Positions 24,691-32,000 of a stretch of DNA of 32,000 nt are shown here, piece after piece. Source of the stretch: Candidatus Pacearchaeota archaeon (GTDB taxonomy: Archaea > Nanobdellota > Nanobdellia > Pacearchaeales > UBA284); assembly GCA_026016245.1 (NCBI GenBank), contig CP061211.1, forward strand, positions 1-32,000, given 5' to 3'. Made by a program: the position numbers and the translations under genes. The notes under the pieces are model-generated. The model ran no database searches, was not told the origin of the DNA, and was given only the letters and a program-made list of their open reading frames with translations. Each line of letters opens with the position of its first letter. Positions within the stretch are counted from its first letter, which is position 1.

Positions 24691-25455
24691 ATGATAGATT
24701 GCCATTGCCATTTTGAGCAAAAAGAGTATGATAAAGATAGAAACAAAATCATAGAAAAGTGTAAAAAACAACTAAAAGCAATAATAACATCATCAGCGCA
24801 TCCAAAAGATATAAAATTAACACTAGAACTAACAAAAAAATATCCAAATTTTATATTTGCAGCAATAGGTTTACATCCAACTTATATTAAGGAACTGACA
24901 GAAGAGCAAATAAACAAAACAATAGAAGCAATAAAAAATAACAAAGACAAGATTGTTGCAGTTGGAGAGATAGGTTTAGATTATTTCTGGATCAAAGAAG
25001 AGGAATGGCAAGAAAAACAAAGACAACTTTTCAAAAAAATGATAAAAATAGTAAAAGAACTAGGATTGCCTTTAGTAATTCATAGCAGAAATGCCAGAGA
25101 AGATACAATAAAAATTTTAGAAGAAGAAGGAATGAAAAGGAAAAAGGTTTTAATGCATCTATTTACTGACAGAAAAAATTTACAAAGAGTGATAGATAAT
25201 GGCTGGTTTGTTTCAATAGGTCCTGGCATCAAGAGATCAAAAAATCTAAGAAAGATAGCGAGAGATACTCCTTTAAATAAAATTCTTCTGGAAACTGATT
25301 CTCCGTGGTTTGCTCAAGAAAATCAAAAATATGGAACTCCACTCAATATAAAAATTGCAGCAAAAAAAATCGCAGAAATAAAAAAATTAACCATAGAACA
25401 GGTAGAAAAGCAAACAGATTTAAATGCAATTGAATTTTTTAATTTAGAATGGTAG
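24691..25455 (+). CDS. tatD: TatD-family metal-dependent hydrolase/DNase
   Basis: N-terminal MIDCHCHF, GEIGLDYF, LPLVIHSR, LETDSPW. Confidence 0.85.
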   Translation: MIDCHCHFEQKEYDKDRNKIIEKCKKQLKAIITSSAHPKDIKLTLELTKKYPNFIFAAIGLHPTYIKELTEEQINKTIEAIKNNKDKIVAVGEIGLDYFWIKEEEWQEKQRQLFKKMIKIVKELGLPLVIHSRNAREDTIKILEEEGMKRKKVLMHLFTDRKNLQRVIDNGWFVSIGPGIKRSKNLRKIARDTPLNKILLETDSPWFAQENQKYGTPLNIKIAAKKIAEIKKLTIEQVEKQTDLNAIEFFNLEW

Positions 25456-25733
25456 ATTTATTCATGATTTTAGCAATAATCGTCGCATTATTAGGTTATC
25501 CTCTTGGCCTCATTCTTGCAAAAATAACAAAAGAAGAATTAAAAACAGGAAAAAAATGGTTTAGGTTGATTATTGCTGTTTGTGTAATAGCAATAGTAGT
25601 TTCAGTCATATTTACAGGAGGAAAAACTTTCTTGTTTCTTATTTTAAGTTTTGTTTTTATTATTCTAGTCACTTTGCCATCATTGATTAAGAAAGAAAAA
25701 CAAAAGAAGAAAAAGAAGAAAAAGAAAAAATAA
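25449..25733 (+). CDS. Small membrane protein (about 3 TM helices) with a C-terminal poly-lysine tail
   Basis: It overlaps the tatD stop by 7 nt, has hydrophobic segments, and ends KKEKQKKKKKKKKK. Confidence 0.55.
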   Translation: MVDLFMILAIIVALLGYPLGLILAKITKEELKTGKKWFRLIIAVCVIAIVVSVIFTGGKTFLFLILSFVFIILVTLPSLIKKEKQKKKKKKKKK

Positions 25734-25734
25734 A

Positions 25735-26445
25735 ATGCTCTATTTGATTGGTTTGGGTTTAGAAAAGAAAGATATTAATATTAAAGCCCTAGAAATAATA
25801 AAGAAATGCAAAAAAATCTATCTTGAAATTTATACAACAAAACTGCCTTATAAAAAAATAGATCTTGAAAAAGTAATTAAGAAAAAAGTAATTGATGCAA
25901 AAAGAGATTTAGTTGAGTCTGATTTTTTAATTAAAGAAGCTAAGAAACAAAATATTGCCTTATTAATTTATGGTGATCCTCTTTCTGCAACTACTCATGT
26001 ATCTTTGATGAATGAGGCAAAGAAAGCTAAAGTTAAAATACAAATTATGCATAATACATCAATTTTCAATGCGATTAGTGAAACAGGCCTTCACTTATAT
26101 AAATTTGGTAAAACAGTCAGCATACCAAAATGGAAAGAACATTATGAGCCCATGAGTTTTTATCAAACTATAAAGGAAAATTTGAATATAGAAGCACATA
26201 CTTTATTGTTAGTAGATATTGATTTGAGTTTAAAAGAAGCATTAAGAGAGCTGGCTGAAGCGTCAAATAAGGAATTAGATAATAAAACAATAATTATATG
26301 CTCACAATTAGGAACAAAAAATCAGAAAATTGTGAATGGAAAGTTTAAAGAATTAGTAAAAAAAATTCCAAGAGTTAAGGAACCTTTTTGCATTATAATT
26401 CCTGCTTCATTACATTTCACAGAAGCAGAATTCCTTAAAATTTAG
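25735..26445 (+). CDS. dph5: Diphthine synthase (Dph5/DphB)
   Basis: MLYLIGLGL...YLEIYT...YGDPLSATTHVSL...GLHLYKFGKTVSI...AHTLLLVDI...LHFTEAEFL aligns along its full length with archaeal Dph5. Confidence 0.9.
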   Translation: MLYLIGLGLEKKDINIKALEIIKKCKKIYLEIYTTKLPYKKIDLEKVIKKKVIDAKRDLVESDFLIKEAKKQNIALLIYGDPLSATTHVSLMNEAKKAKVKIQIMHNTSIFNAISETGLHLYKFGKTVSIPKWKEHYEPMSFYQTIKENLNIEAHTLLLVDIDLSLKEALRELAEASNKELDNKTIIICSQLGTKNQKIVNGKFKELVKKIPRVKEPFCIIIPASLHFTEAEFLKI

Positions 26446-26487
26446 ATATTCTTGAATATAAACATTTATATACCCTAAGGAACATAT

Positions 26488-27024
26488 ATGTTTACTATGA
26501 AACAAAAATGTAGCCTTTGGCGGGTTTTTGATGTATTTGTTGAAAAACCCTTAAAGATTTATTATATCAAAGAAATAGCTAGAAAAATAAATCTTGCTCC
26601 AACATCTGTTAAAAAGCATTTGTTATATTTACTCAAACAAAATTTAATACTTAAAAAGAAAGGTGAAAGGTTTTTTGGTTTTGTAGCTAATAGAGATAAT
26701 AAAGATTTTTTATTCTACAAGAAGATATTCAATATAATCAGACTTAAAGAATCTGGATTTCTTGATTTTTTAATTGATTCTCTTCATCCACAAGCAATAG
26801 TTCTATATGGTTCATACTTTAGAGGGGAAGATATAGAGACTAGCGATATAGATATGCTAATACTCTCAAAAATTAAAAAAAGATTAATATTGGAGAAATT
26901 TGAGAGAATTTTAAAGAAGGGAATTCATCTTATAACTATAGCTAGTCTGAAAAAATTAACACCTGGGTTAAAAATGGAAGTAATTAATGGATTGGTTTTA
27001 CATGGATATTTAAAAAATGATTGA
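26488..27024 (+). CDS. wHTH-fused minimal nucleotidyltransferase (MNT-type antitoxin-like)
   Basis: The N-terminal ~70 aa are wHTH-like (IKEIARKINLAPTSVKKHLLYLLKQNLILKK). NTase motif LYGSYFRGEDIETSDIDMLIL (G-S...D-x-D) lies at 26809-26853. A perfect TTTATATA box at 26466-26473 suggests a near-leaderless transcript, possibly using the second ATG at 26497. Confidence 0.75.
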   Translation: MFTMKQKCSLWRVFDVFVEKPLKIYYIKEIARKINLAPTSVKKHLLYLLKQNLILKKKGERFFGFVANRDNKDFLFYKKIFNIIRLKESGFLDFLIDSLHPQAIVLYGSYFRGEDIETSDIDMLILSKIKKRLILEKFERILKKGIHLITIASLKKLTPGLKMEVINGLVLHGYLKND

Positions 27025-27421
27025 AGAGATATTTAAAATTTCAAAGAGCATGGGAAGGGCAAAAGCATTAAAAGAAATGGCGCAAGAAAGATTTAGTGAT
27101 GTTGAAAAAGAGAAGAAAACCTACAAAATTATAGAGCAATATTATGAAGTAATAAAAGAACTTATAACTGCATTAATGTATCTAGATGGATTCAAAACAT
27201 TGAGCCATAAGGCCCTTCTTTTTTATTTAGAAAAAAATTATAATAGATTCTTCAGTAAAGATGAGTTTATTTTAATAGATGAAACAAGAAGATTAAGAAA
27301 TGATATCTTATATTATGGAAAAAAAATTGATTTAACTTTCTTGACAAATAATGAAGAAAGAATAAAAAAGATAACAAATAAACTTATTAGGATAGTTAAT
27401 AAAAAACTTCCCAACATTTAA
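27017..27421 (+). CDS. HEPN-domain protein (partner of the MNT gene; toxin-like)
   Basis: It overlaps the MNT gene by 8 nt. It is a 134-aa helical protein with ETRRLRNDILYYG (27287-27316) where the HEPN R-x4-6-H motif would sit, here reading R-x4-Y. Confidence 0.65.
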   Translation: MIEEIFKISKSMGRAKALKEMAQERFSDVEKEKKTYKIIEQYYEVIKELITALMYLDGFKTLSHKALLFYLEKNYNRFFSKDEFILIDETRRLRNDILYYGKKIDLTFLTNNEERIKKITNKLIRIVNKKLPNI

Positions 27422-27457
27422 AGCAAATTTTAAAAACCTGAAAATCCTTAAAACAAC

Positions 27458-30400
27458 ATGGAAAAAAAGGTGAAGAAATTATTATTAGTGAGCATTTTTC
27501 TTGTTATGATTTTCTTGGTTTTGATGGTTAATGTTAGTGCTGCTGTTAGTTTATGTCGCAGCTCTGAGCTTGTTAAAGTATTTTGTAAGGGTATGGGTTG
27601 CCATCCTCTTTGGGAGTCTGTTGAATCTGAAACAGCATGTCAATATGAAATGTGGGGCGGCCCACCATATGCTAATTACTGTTATGATAATGGTTTTTAT
27701 CCAATAGCAACAACCACACATAAAGGTTCGTCAAAAGCGTGTAGATTTGCAAAAACGATTACTGGTTGTGGCCTGTTGTATCGAAATCGTAAATGTTGGG
27801 GTATTTGTTCAAAAGGTGAAGAATATGCATATAGAACAACAAAATATAATCATATGTTTATAAAAACTAAAATAAATGATACAGACATGATTCCAGATGC
27901 TCAGACTTGTTATAATTCTATTCTGTGCGATTCTGGTTGGACTGAATATATTAAGTGGCATGATCATGTAAAAATAAGTCCAGGCGGAGATAGGTATCAT
28001 TGTGTAAGAGTATGTGTTAAATGTGAGGATGGATATGTTAATGTTGATAATAACTGGGATAATGGTTGTGAACCTGCTACTGGTTGTGATGCTGTTTGTT
28101 ATGCTGCATGCCGTCAAAGACCATATCTACCTACAGGGTGTCATACACCAATGATGGGTTGGCCACATCCTTTTTGTGAAAGCAGTTGCAAATGTCACTG
28201 TAGACATACCCCAGAAGATGGATGTATTCTGAATTATGCTGAAGACTGTGCTGCTCAAGGAGGAATTTGTCGTGAGATTGGTAATGGAGCAGAATGTCAG
28301 ACTTTTGGTATAGAACATTGTAGTGGTTCTTGTCAGGTTTGTCAGAATGTGCTTGATGATATGCCTGATAATCATATTTTAATGATTGATTCTGATATTT
28401 CTGCTCCATTTGGCGGCTATGGAAAATACTGTTTAAGTTTTGGAGGAACAAATAAAACAATTGATTGTGGAGATAATTGGATTACTGGAGGAGAAGGCCG
28501 TGTCACAGGAATTTTTGTTTTAGGCACTGGCCATACAATTCAAAACTGTAAAATAAAATCCTTTTACGGAGAAAGTGATGGCATTTGGCGAGGTGGGAGA
28601 GGAATACAGACTGTTTATGGTGTTAATATTAATATAAAAAATATAGAAATAACTGATATAAAAGGTAAATCTAAATACATTCCTCCGGAAGAACCGCCAA
28701 TACAATATTCAAGTAACAATAATTTTTATCCAGAGCTAGAATTCCAAGGAGGAGGTTCTTGGGAACACTATCCAGGTGCGGGAATTGAAATATTAGCTAA
28801 TACTGGACCTACTTTTATTGGAGCATATCTTTCTGATGTAAATATACATAATAATGAATGGTATGGTTTATATTTAAGACAAGGTGAGGTTAGTGTAACA
28901 AATTCAAGATTTTGTTTTAACAGTCAATTTGACATTAAAAAAGATGCTGGAAGTGTTAAATATCACTCTGGCCTTACTTGTGATCAAAATAAAGTTCCTG
29001 CTGGAGTGACTTGTGAAGAACCTTGCGGACTTCCAGGAGAATGTGTTGTAAATTCAATAAGTGTCACACCAGATTGTGAAGGTGGTTCAAGTCCTGCCTG
29101 TGAGCTAGGTGAAGAGATAATGATAAGTATAAGTTATTCTGGAACTGAGTGTCCTACTCCTTCTTATATTCAGGTCGATGCTAACTCTACTGGAGATCCT
29201 CTTGGTGAAAAATGTACTATTGCATGGAAATCTCCTCCAGCATCAATCAAAGGAATGGAAACAACATGCACAAGCTCACCTTGCACAGAAAATTGGGTAA
29301 TTAATATACCTTCAATTCCTTCTGAATGTTTAGGAAAAACAGTTTATGCTTGGGCAGTTGGCTTGTATGATGATCCTAGCTACACCCCAGGACATCATGT
29401 AACAGGCAACACAACTACAATTCCTTATCCAAGTTATGGTCATTTCACTTTTGCTGAAGAAGAAATACCACCAACAGAATGTAAAATTATAGATGCAGAT
29501 GTTAAGACATATTGTGGAACTGAAGGATGTGATAATGGAGACAAAGTTGAATTGAATATAACAGTAGAAGATATGAGTAAGTGTGAGGCATTAAATGTCA
29601 ATAAAATGCAAATAGATGCTTTTTCAGATGCGCAATCACAACCAACAGGCATGGTTATTGGTGGAGGAGCTTTATGTAATGTTTATATGGTTAATTCAAG
29701 TGTAATAAAACAAGGTGATACTTATTTAGGAAATTGGACTGTTATAGTTCCTCAAGGCTGTCAAGGAGAAACTGTAGATGCGAATATAGCAAAAGTTTTC
29801 AATAATACTGGACAAATAGCACAAAAATTTGGAAATTTCGGATCTTTTGATTTTGTTGATGAACCTACAAACTGGTATGTACTTGAAGATATTAGTGTTT
29901 CACCTTCAGTTTTTGTTTTGAATATTACTGACACACAACAACTTGAAGTTATTGCATTAATGAAATGGGTAAAAAACAATAGCTTCTTTACTTTGGATGT
30001 AACCCAACAAGCAGATTATATTTCAAATGATACTAGCGTTGCTTCTGTTTCAGCACTCGGCTTAGTTACTGGAATTGGAGATGGGACAGGAAAAATAACT
30101 GCAGAATACACACATTCTGAGGTCACAAAAGAAGACTCTAGTATTGTTAATGTCAGATATTTTGAAGATGATTATATTAGATATATTAATCTGGCTTTAA
30201 ATAAATATGAAATTGAAATAAATGAAGAAACAAGTTATGAAGTTAAGGCTTATTGGTCTAATGGTCTGACAACTGATATAACTTCTGAATCAGATGTTCA
30301 GAGTTTAAATCCAAATGTTGCTTCTGTAAATCAAAATACTCATAGAGTTAAGGGAGAGGATGAAGGAATAGCCATCATAAATGCTAGCTATATTCATAAT

Positions 30401-31681
30401 AATCTTCCTTATGGAGATGAAAAATTTATAATTGTTACTGGAGAAGCAGTTGGAGAATATAATCTTTCAGTTGACACATGTGGAGATACATCTATTCCAC
30501 CAGATGGAGATTGTGAAGATTTTATTAATGTGAAAGGTGAAATAACTGTTAATCAAGAATCTTGGGGCATTGCACCACAAGAAAGATTCCCACTTCCTTC
30601 AGATAATTATAGAGTTTCTTTTGGTCCTCTTCAGGATTGGTATGAACCTGGGGAGATGTCAGTATTTTTGCCTCCAAATGTTTCTTTGATGGGTATTTAT
30701 ACTAAAGAGCCTGTGGAGTATGCTCTAATAATTGTCCAAGCTAAAGATGAACAGACAGGACAATTTATCAATGCTTTAATTAACTTATATCTTGAAGATG
30801 ATCTTGTTAATTCTACTATAAATGATGTGAGATATAATTATTCAGAGACATATCCTATTGAATTCACAGCTGAATTTGAAGACCAAAGTGGTTACATTAC
30901 ACCATCTAATTTAACAATAACAATTTATGGAAATGGAATTTATTTCTTTACAGTTTATTATGAAAAAGAAGCAGTTGGAGAATGTTTCTGTGAACCAAAG
31001 CATGTTCCTTGTGGTTTTTGTTATGATTTTTATTCTGAATGTGATGGCCCTCCACAAGGACCTGGACAAATAATTCCTTGTTCACCTGGTTGGATATGTA
31101 ATTATGTGACAGGAAAATGTCAACCAACTTCAACCCAAGATGAGTGTCATGATAATGCTACTACTTGTAATATTATCACTGGTTGTTATTGGGATTATCC
31201 AGACATCCCTCCTCCTTATTGTAAACATTGCCAAACAGAAGGTCCTGAAACATGTTCAGGTTATGATAATCAGGGAACTTGTAATTTAGATCCTTGTGTT
31301 GTCAAGAATGTTGGTTGTCCTTCTGGTGCTAGTGACTGTAGATGTGAATGGGAAACTGATGAATGTATTCTTAAATATCAACAACAAACAAATGGAGATT
31401 TTTGTGAGATAACTTTAAGACAGGGGACTTGTGAAGAAGGTTGCCAAGGAAAAATAAATTATAGATGGCAAAATTATACTTGTGATCCTGGTTCATGTTC
31501 AGAACAAGCTTGCGTGGATTTAACCTATCCTCCCCCAGATTATACAAAATCAGAATGTGTGATTTGTCCGACACCTTTTAGAGAGCTTCCATTTTTTTCA
31601 TGGTGGAATATTTTAGCTGTTGTGTCTGTATTGATAGTGTTTTATATATTCATGCTTAGAAAAAAGAGAATTAATTATTAA
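27458..31681 (+). CDS. 1407-aa cysteine-rich secreted surface protein with a C-terminal TM anchor. Order of parts: signal peptide, N-terminal Cys-rich region, beta-helix-like region, two Big_2-like Ig domains, C-terminal Cys-rich region, TM helix.
   Basis: Signal peptide LLLVSIFLVMIFLVLMVNVSA|AV. About 30 Cys in residues ~30-300 (27550-28360). Big_2-like segments ISVSPSVFVLNITDTQQLEV...ISNDTSVASVSALGLVTGIGDGTGKITAEY (~29885-30110) and YEIEINEETSYEVKAYW...LNPNVASVNQNTHRVKGEDEGIAIINASY (~30200-30390). About 28 Cys in 30976-31580. Anchor WWNILAVVSVLIVFYIFMLRKKR. Confidence 0.85.
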   Translation: MEKKVKKLLLVSIFLVMIFLVLMVNVSAAVSLCRSSELVKVFCKGMGCHPLWESVESETACQYEMWGGPPYANYCYDNGFYPIATTTHKGSSKACRFAKTITGCGLLYRNRKCWGICSKGEEYAYRTTKYNHMFIKTKINDTDMIPDAQTCYNSILCDSGWTEYIKWHDHVKISPGGDRYHCVRVCVKCEDGYVNVDNNWDNGCEPATGCDAVCYAACRQRPYLPTGCHTPMMGWPHPFCESSCKCHCRHTPEDGCILNYAEDCAAQGGICREIGNGAECQTFGIEHCSGSCQVCQNVLDDMPDNHILMIDSDISAPFGGYGKYCLSFGGTNKTIDCGDNWITGGEGRVTGIFVLGTGHTIQNCKIKSFYGESDGIWRGGRGIQTVYGVNINIKNIEITDIKGKSKYIPPEEPPIQYSSNNNFYPELEFQGGGSWEHYPGAGIEILANTGPTFIGAYLSDVNIHNNEWYGLYLRQGEVSVTNSRFCFNSQFDIKKDAGSVKYHSGLTCDQNKVPAGVTCEEPCGLPGECVVNSISVTPDCEGGSSPACELGEEIMISISYSGTECPTPSYIQVDANSTGDPLGEKCTIAWKSPPASIKGMETTCTSSPCTENWVINIPSIPSECLGKTVYAWAVGLYDDPSYTPGHHVTGNTTTIPYPSYGHFTFAEEEIPPTECKIIDADVKTYCGTEGCDNGDKVELNITVEDMSKCEALNVNKMQIDAFSDAQSQPTGMVIGGGALCNVYMVNSSVIKQGDTYLGNWTVIVPQGCQGETVDANIAKVFNNTGQIAQKFGNFGSFDFVDEPTNWYVLEDISVSPSVFVLNITDTQQLEVIALMKWVKNNSFFTLDVTQQADYISNDTSVASVSALGLVTGIGDGTGKITAEYTHSEVTKEDSSIVNVRYFEDDYIRYINLALNKYEIEINEETSYEVKAYWSNGLTTDITSESDVQSLNPNVASVNQNTHRVKGEDEGIAIINASYIHNNLPYGDEKFIIVTGEAVGEYNLSVDTCGDTSIPPDGDCEDFINVKGEITVNQESWGIAPQERFPLPSDNYRVSFGPLQDWYEPGEMSVFLPPNVSLMGIYTKEPVEYALIIVQAKDEQTGQFINALINLYLEDDLVNSTINDVRYNYSETYPIEFTAEFEDQSGYITPSNLTITIYGNGIYFFTVYYEKEAVGECFCEPKHVPCGFCYDFYSECDGPPQGPGQIIPCSPGWICNYVTGKCQPTSTQDECHDNATTCNIITGCYWDYPDIPPPYCKHCQTEGPETCSGYDNQGTCNLDPCVVKNVGCPSGASDCRCEWETDECILKYQQQTNGDFCEITLRQGTCEEGCQGKINYRWQNYTCDPGSCSEQACVDLTYPPPDYTKSECVICPTPFRELPFFSWWNILAVVSVLIVFYIFMLRKKRINY

Positions 31682-31712
31682 ATTATTTTTTCCTGGTAAA
31701 AAAGAGGTGAAA

Positions 31713-32000
31713 TGATAAAAAAAGAAGGAGTGATTTTAGTATTAGTATTTTTTATTTTATGTTGTTCTTTTAGTTCTGCTTCTGTTATTCCTGGAAATCC
31801 TTTTTTTAATTTAAGTCAAGGAAGTTTTGGTCCAGGCCAAGTTCTTGAGGGTTATTTTAACTTTTCTTTGGAAAATGAACCTGGTAATATTATGGTTAGC
31901 GGGCAAGTTGCTGCTGAGATGAAAGAGATGAATCTTCTTGATTTTTTACAAGAAGGAGAAGTAGATTTTAATTGTGATCCTAGTGATTGTGATGTTACTT
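31713..32000 (+). CDS. Secreted protein, 3'-partial (runs off the right edge)
   Basis: GAGGTGA SD at 31705-31711. The ATG at 31713 opens a frame that stays open for 96 codons to the window end. Signal peptide MIKKEGVILVLVFFILCCSFSSA|SV. Not in the supplied ORF track because it has no stop. Confidence 0.7.

Noticed and set aside
25690-25733. An A-rich homopurine tract (aagaaagaaaaacaaaagaagaaaaagaagaaaaagaaaaaataa) considered as a possible slippery or frameshift site or a regulatory poly-A
   Set aside because: It simply encodes the poly-Lys tail of the small membrane protein and ends in a normal stop 1 nt before dph5. Similar Lys-rich tails follow other TM anchors here (5769 and 7862 products), so it is most simply a cytoplasmic positive-inside tail.
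27809-28705. Several 60-110-aa minus-strand ORFs inside the Cys-rich surface protein gene
   Set aside because: They are antisense shadow ORFs, and the sense frame is continuous for 1407 codons with clear domain content.

Overview
This is an AT-rich, densely coding window from an archaeon, and its gene content and compact genes fit a small-genome DPANN-type lineage. The archaeal origin rests on an rpoH-rpoB''-rpoB'-rpoA-rpl30e-nusA operon, an RNase P Rpp30 subunit, diphthine synthase, and a tRNA with a canonical-position intron. No rRNA, CRISPR array, transposase or integrase was seen.

Layout:
- 1-9551: a cell-surface gene cluster. It holds a giant sequon-rich adhesin-like protein that runs off the left edge, three membrane-anchored beta-sandwich proteins that share a motif, and two small proteins with a shared pilin-like N-terminal helix.
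- 9548-13090: housekeeping genes. These are tmk, a YjbQ-family gene, a translationally coupled DUF357-DUF429-Rpp30 trio, a 94-aa N-terminal Dph2 fragment, and an Mtq2/HemK-type methyltransferase.
- 13098-20948: the RNA polymerase operon. rpoB is split, but rpoA is a single 1170-aa ORF.
- 21168-27421: a TrmB-family regulator, small membrane proteins, an alpha/beta hydrolase, tandem tRNA-Arg(UCU, with intron) and tRNA-Cys(GCA), a stand-alone GGDEF diguanylate cyclase-like gene, tatD, dph5, and a wHTH-MNT/HEPN pair.
- 27458-32000: a 1407-aa cysteine-rich secreted protein with a C-terminal anchor, then the start of another secreted protein.

The best candidate for an undescribed system is the 1-9551 surface module. 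The GGDEF gene in an archaeal context, the unsplit rpoA and the orphan Dph2 fragment are the other main points. All homology calls come from motif recognition by eye. No database search was run.
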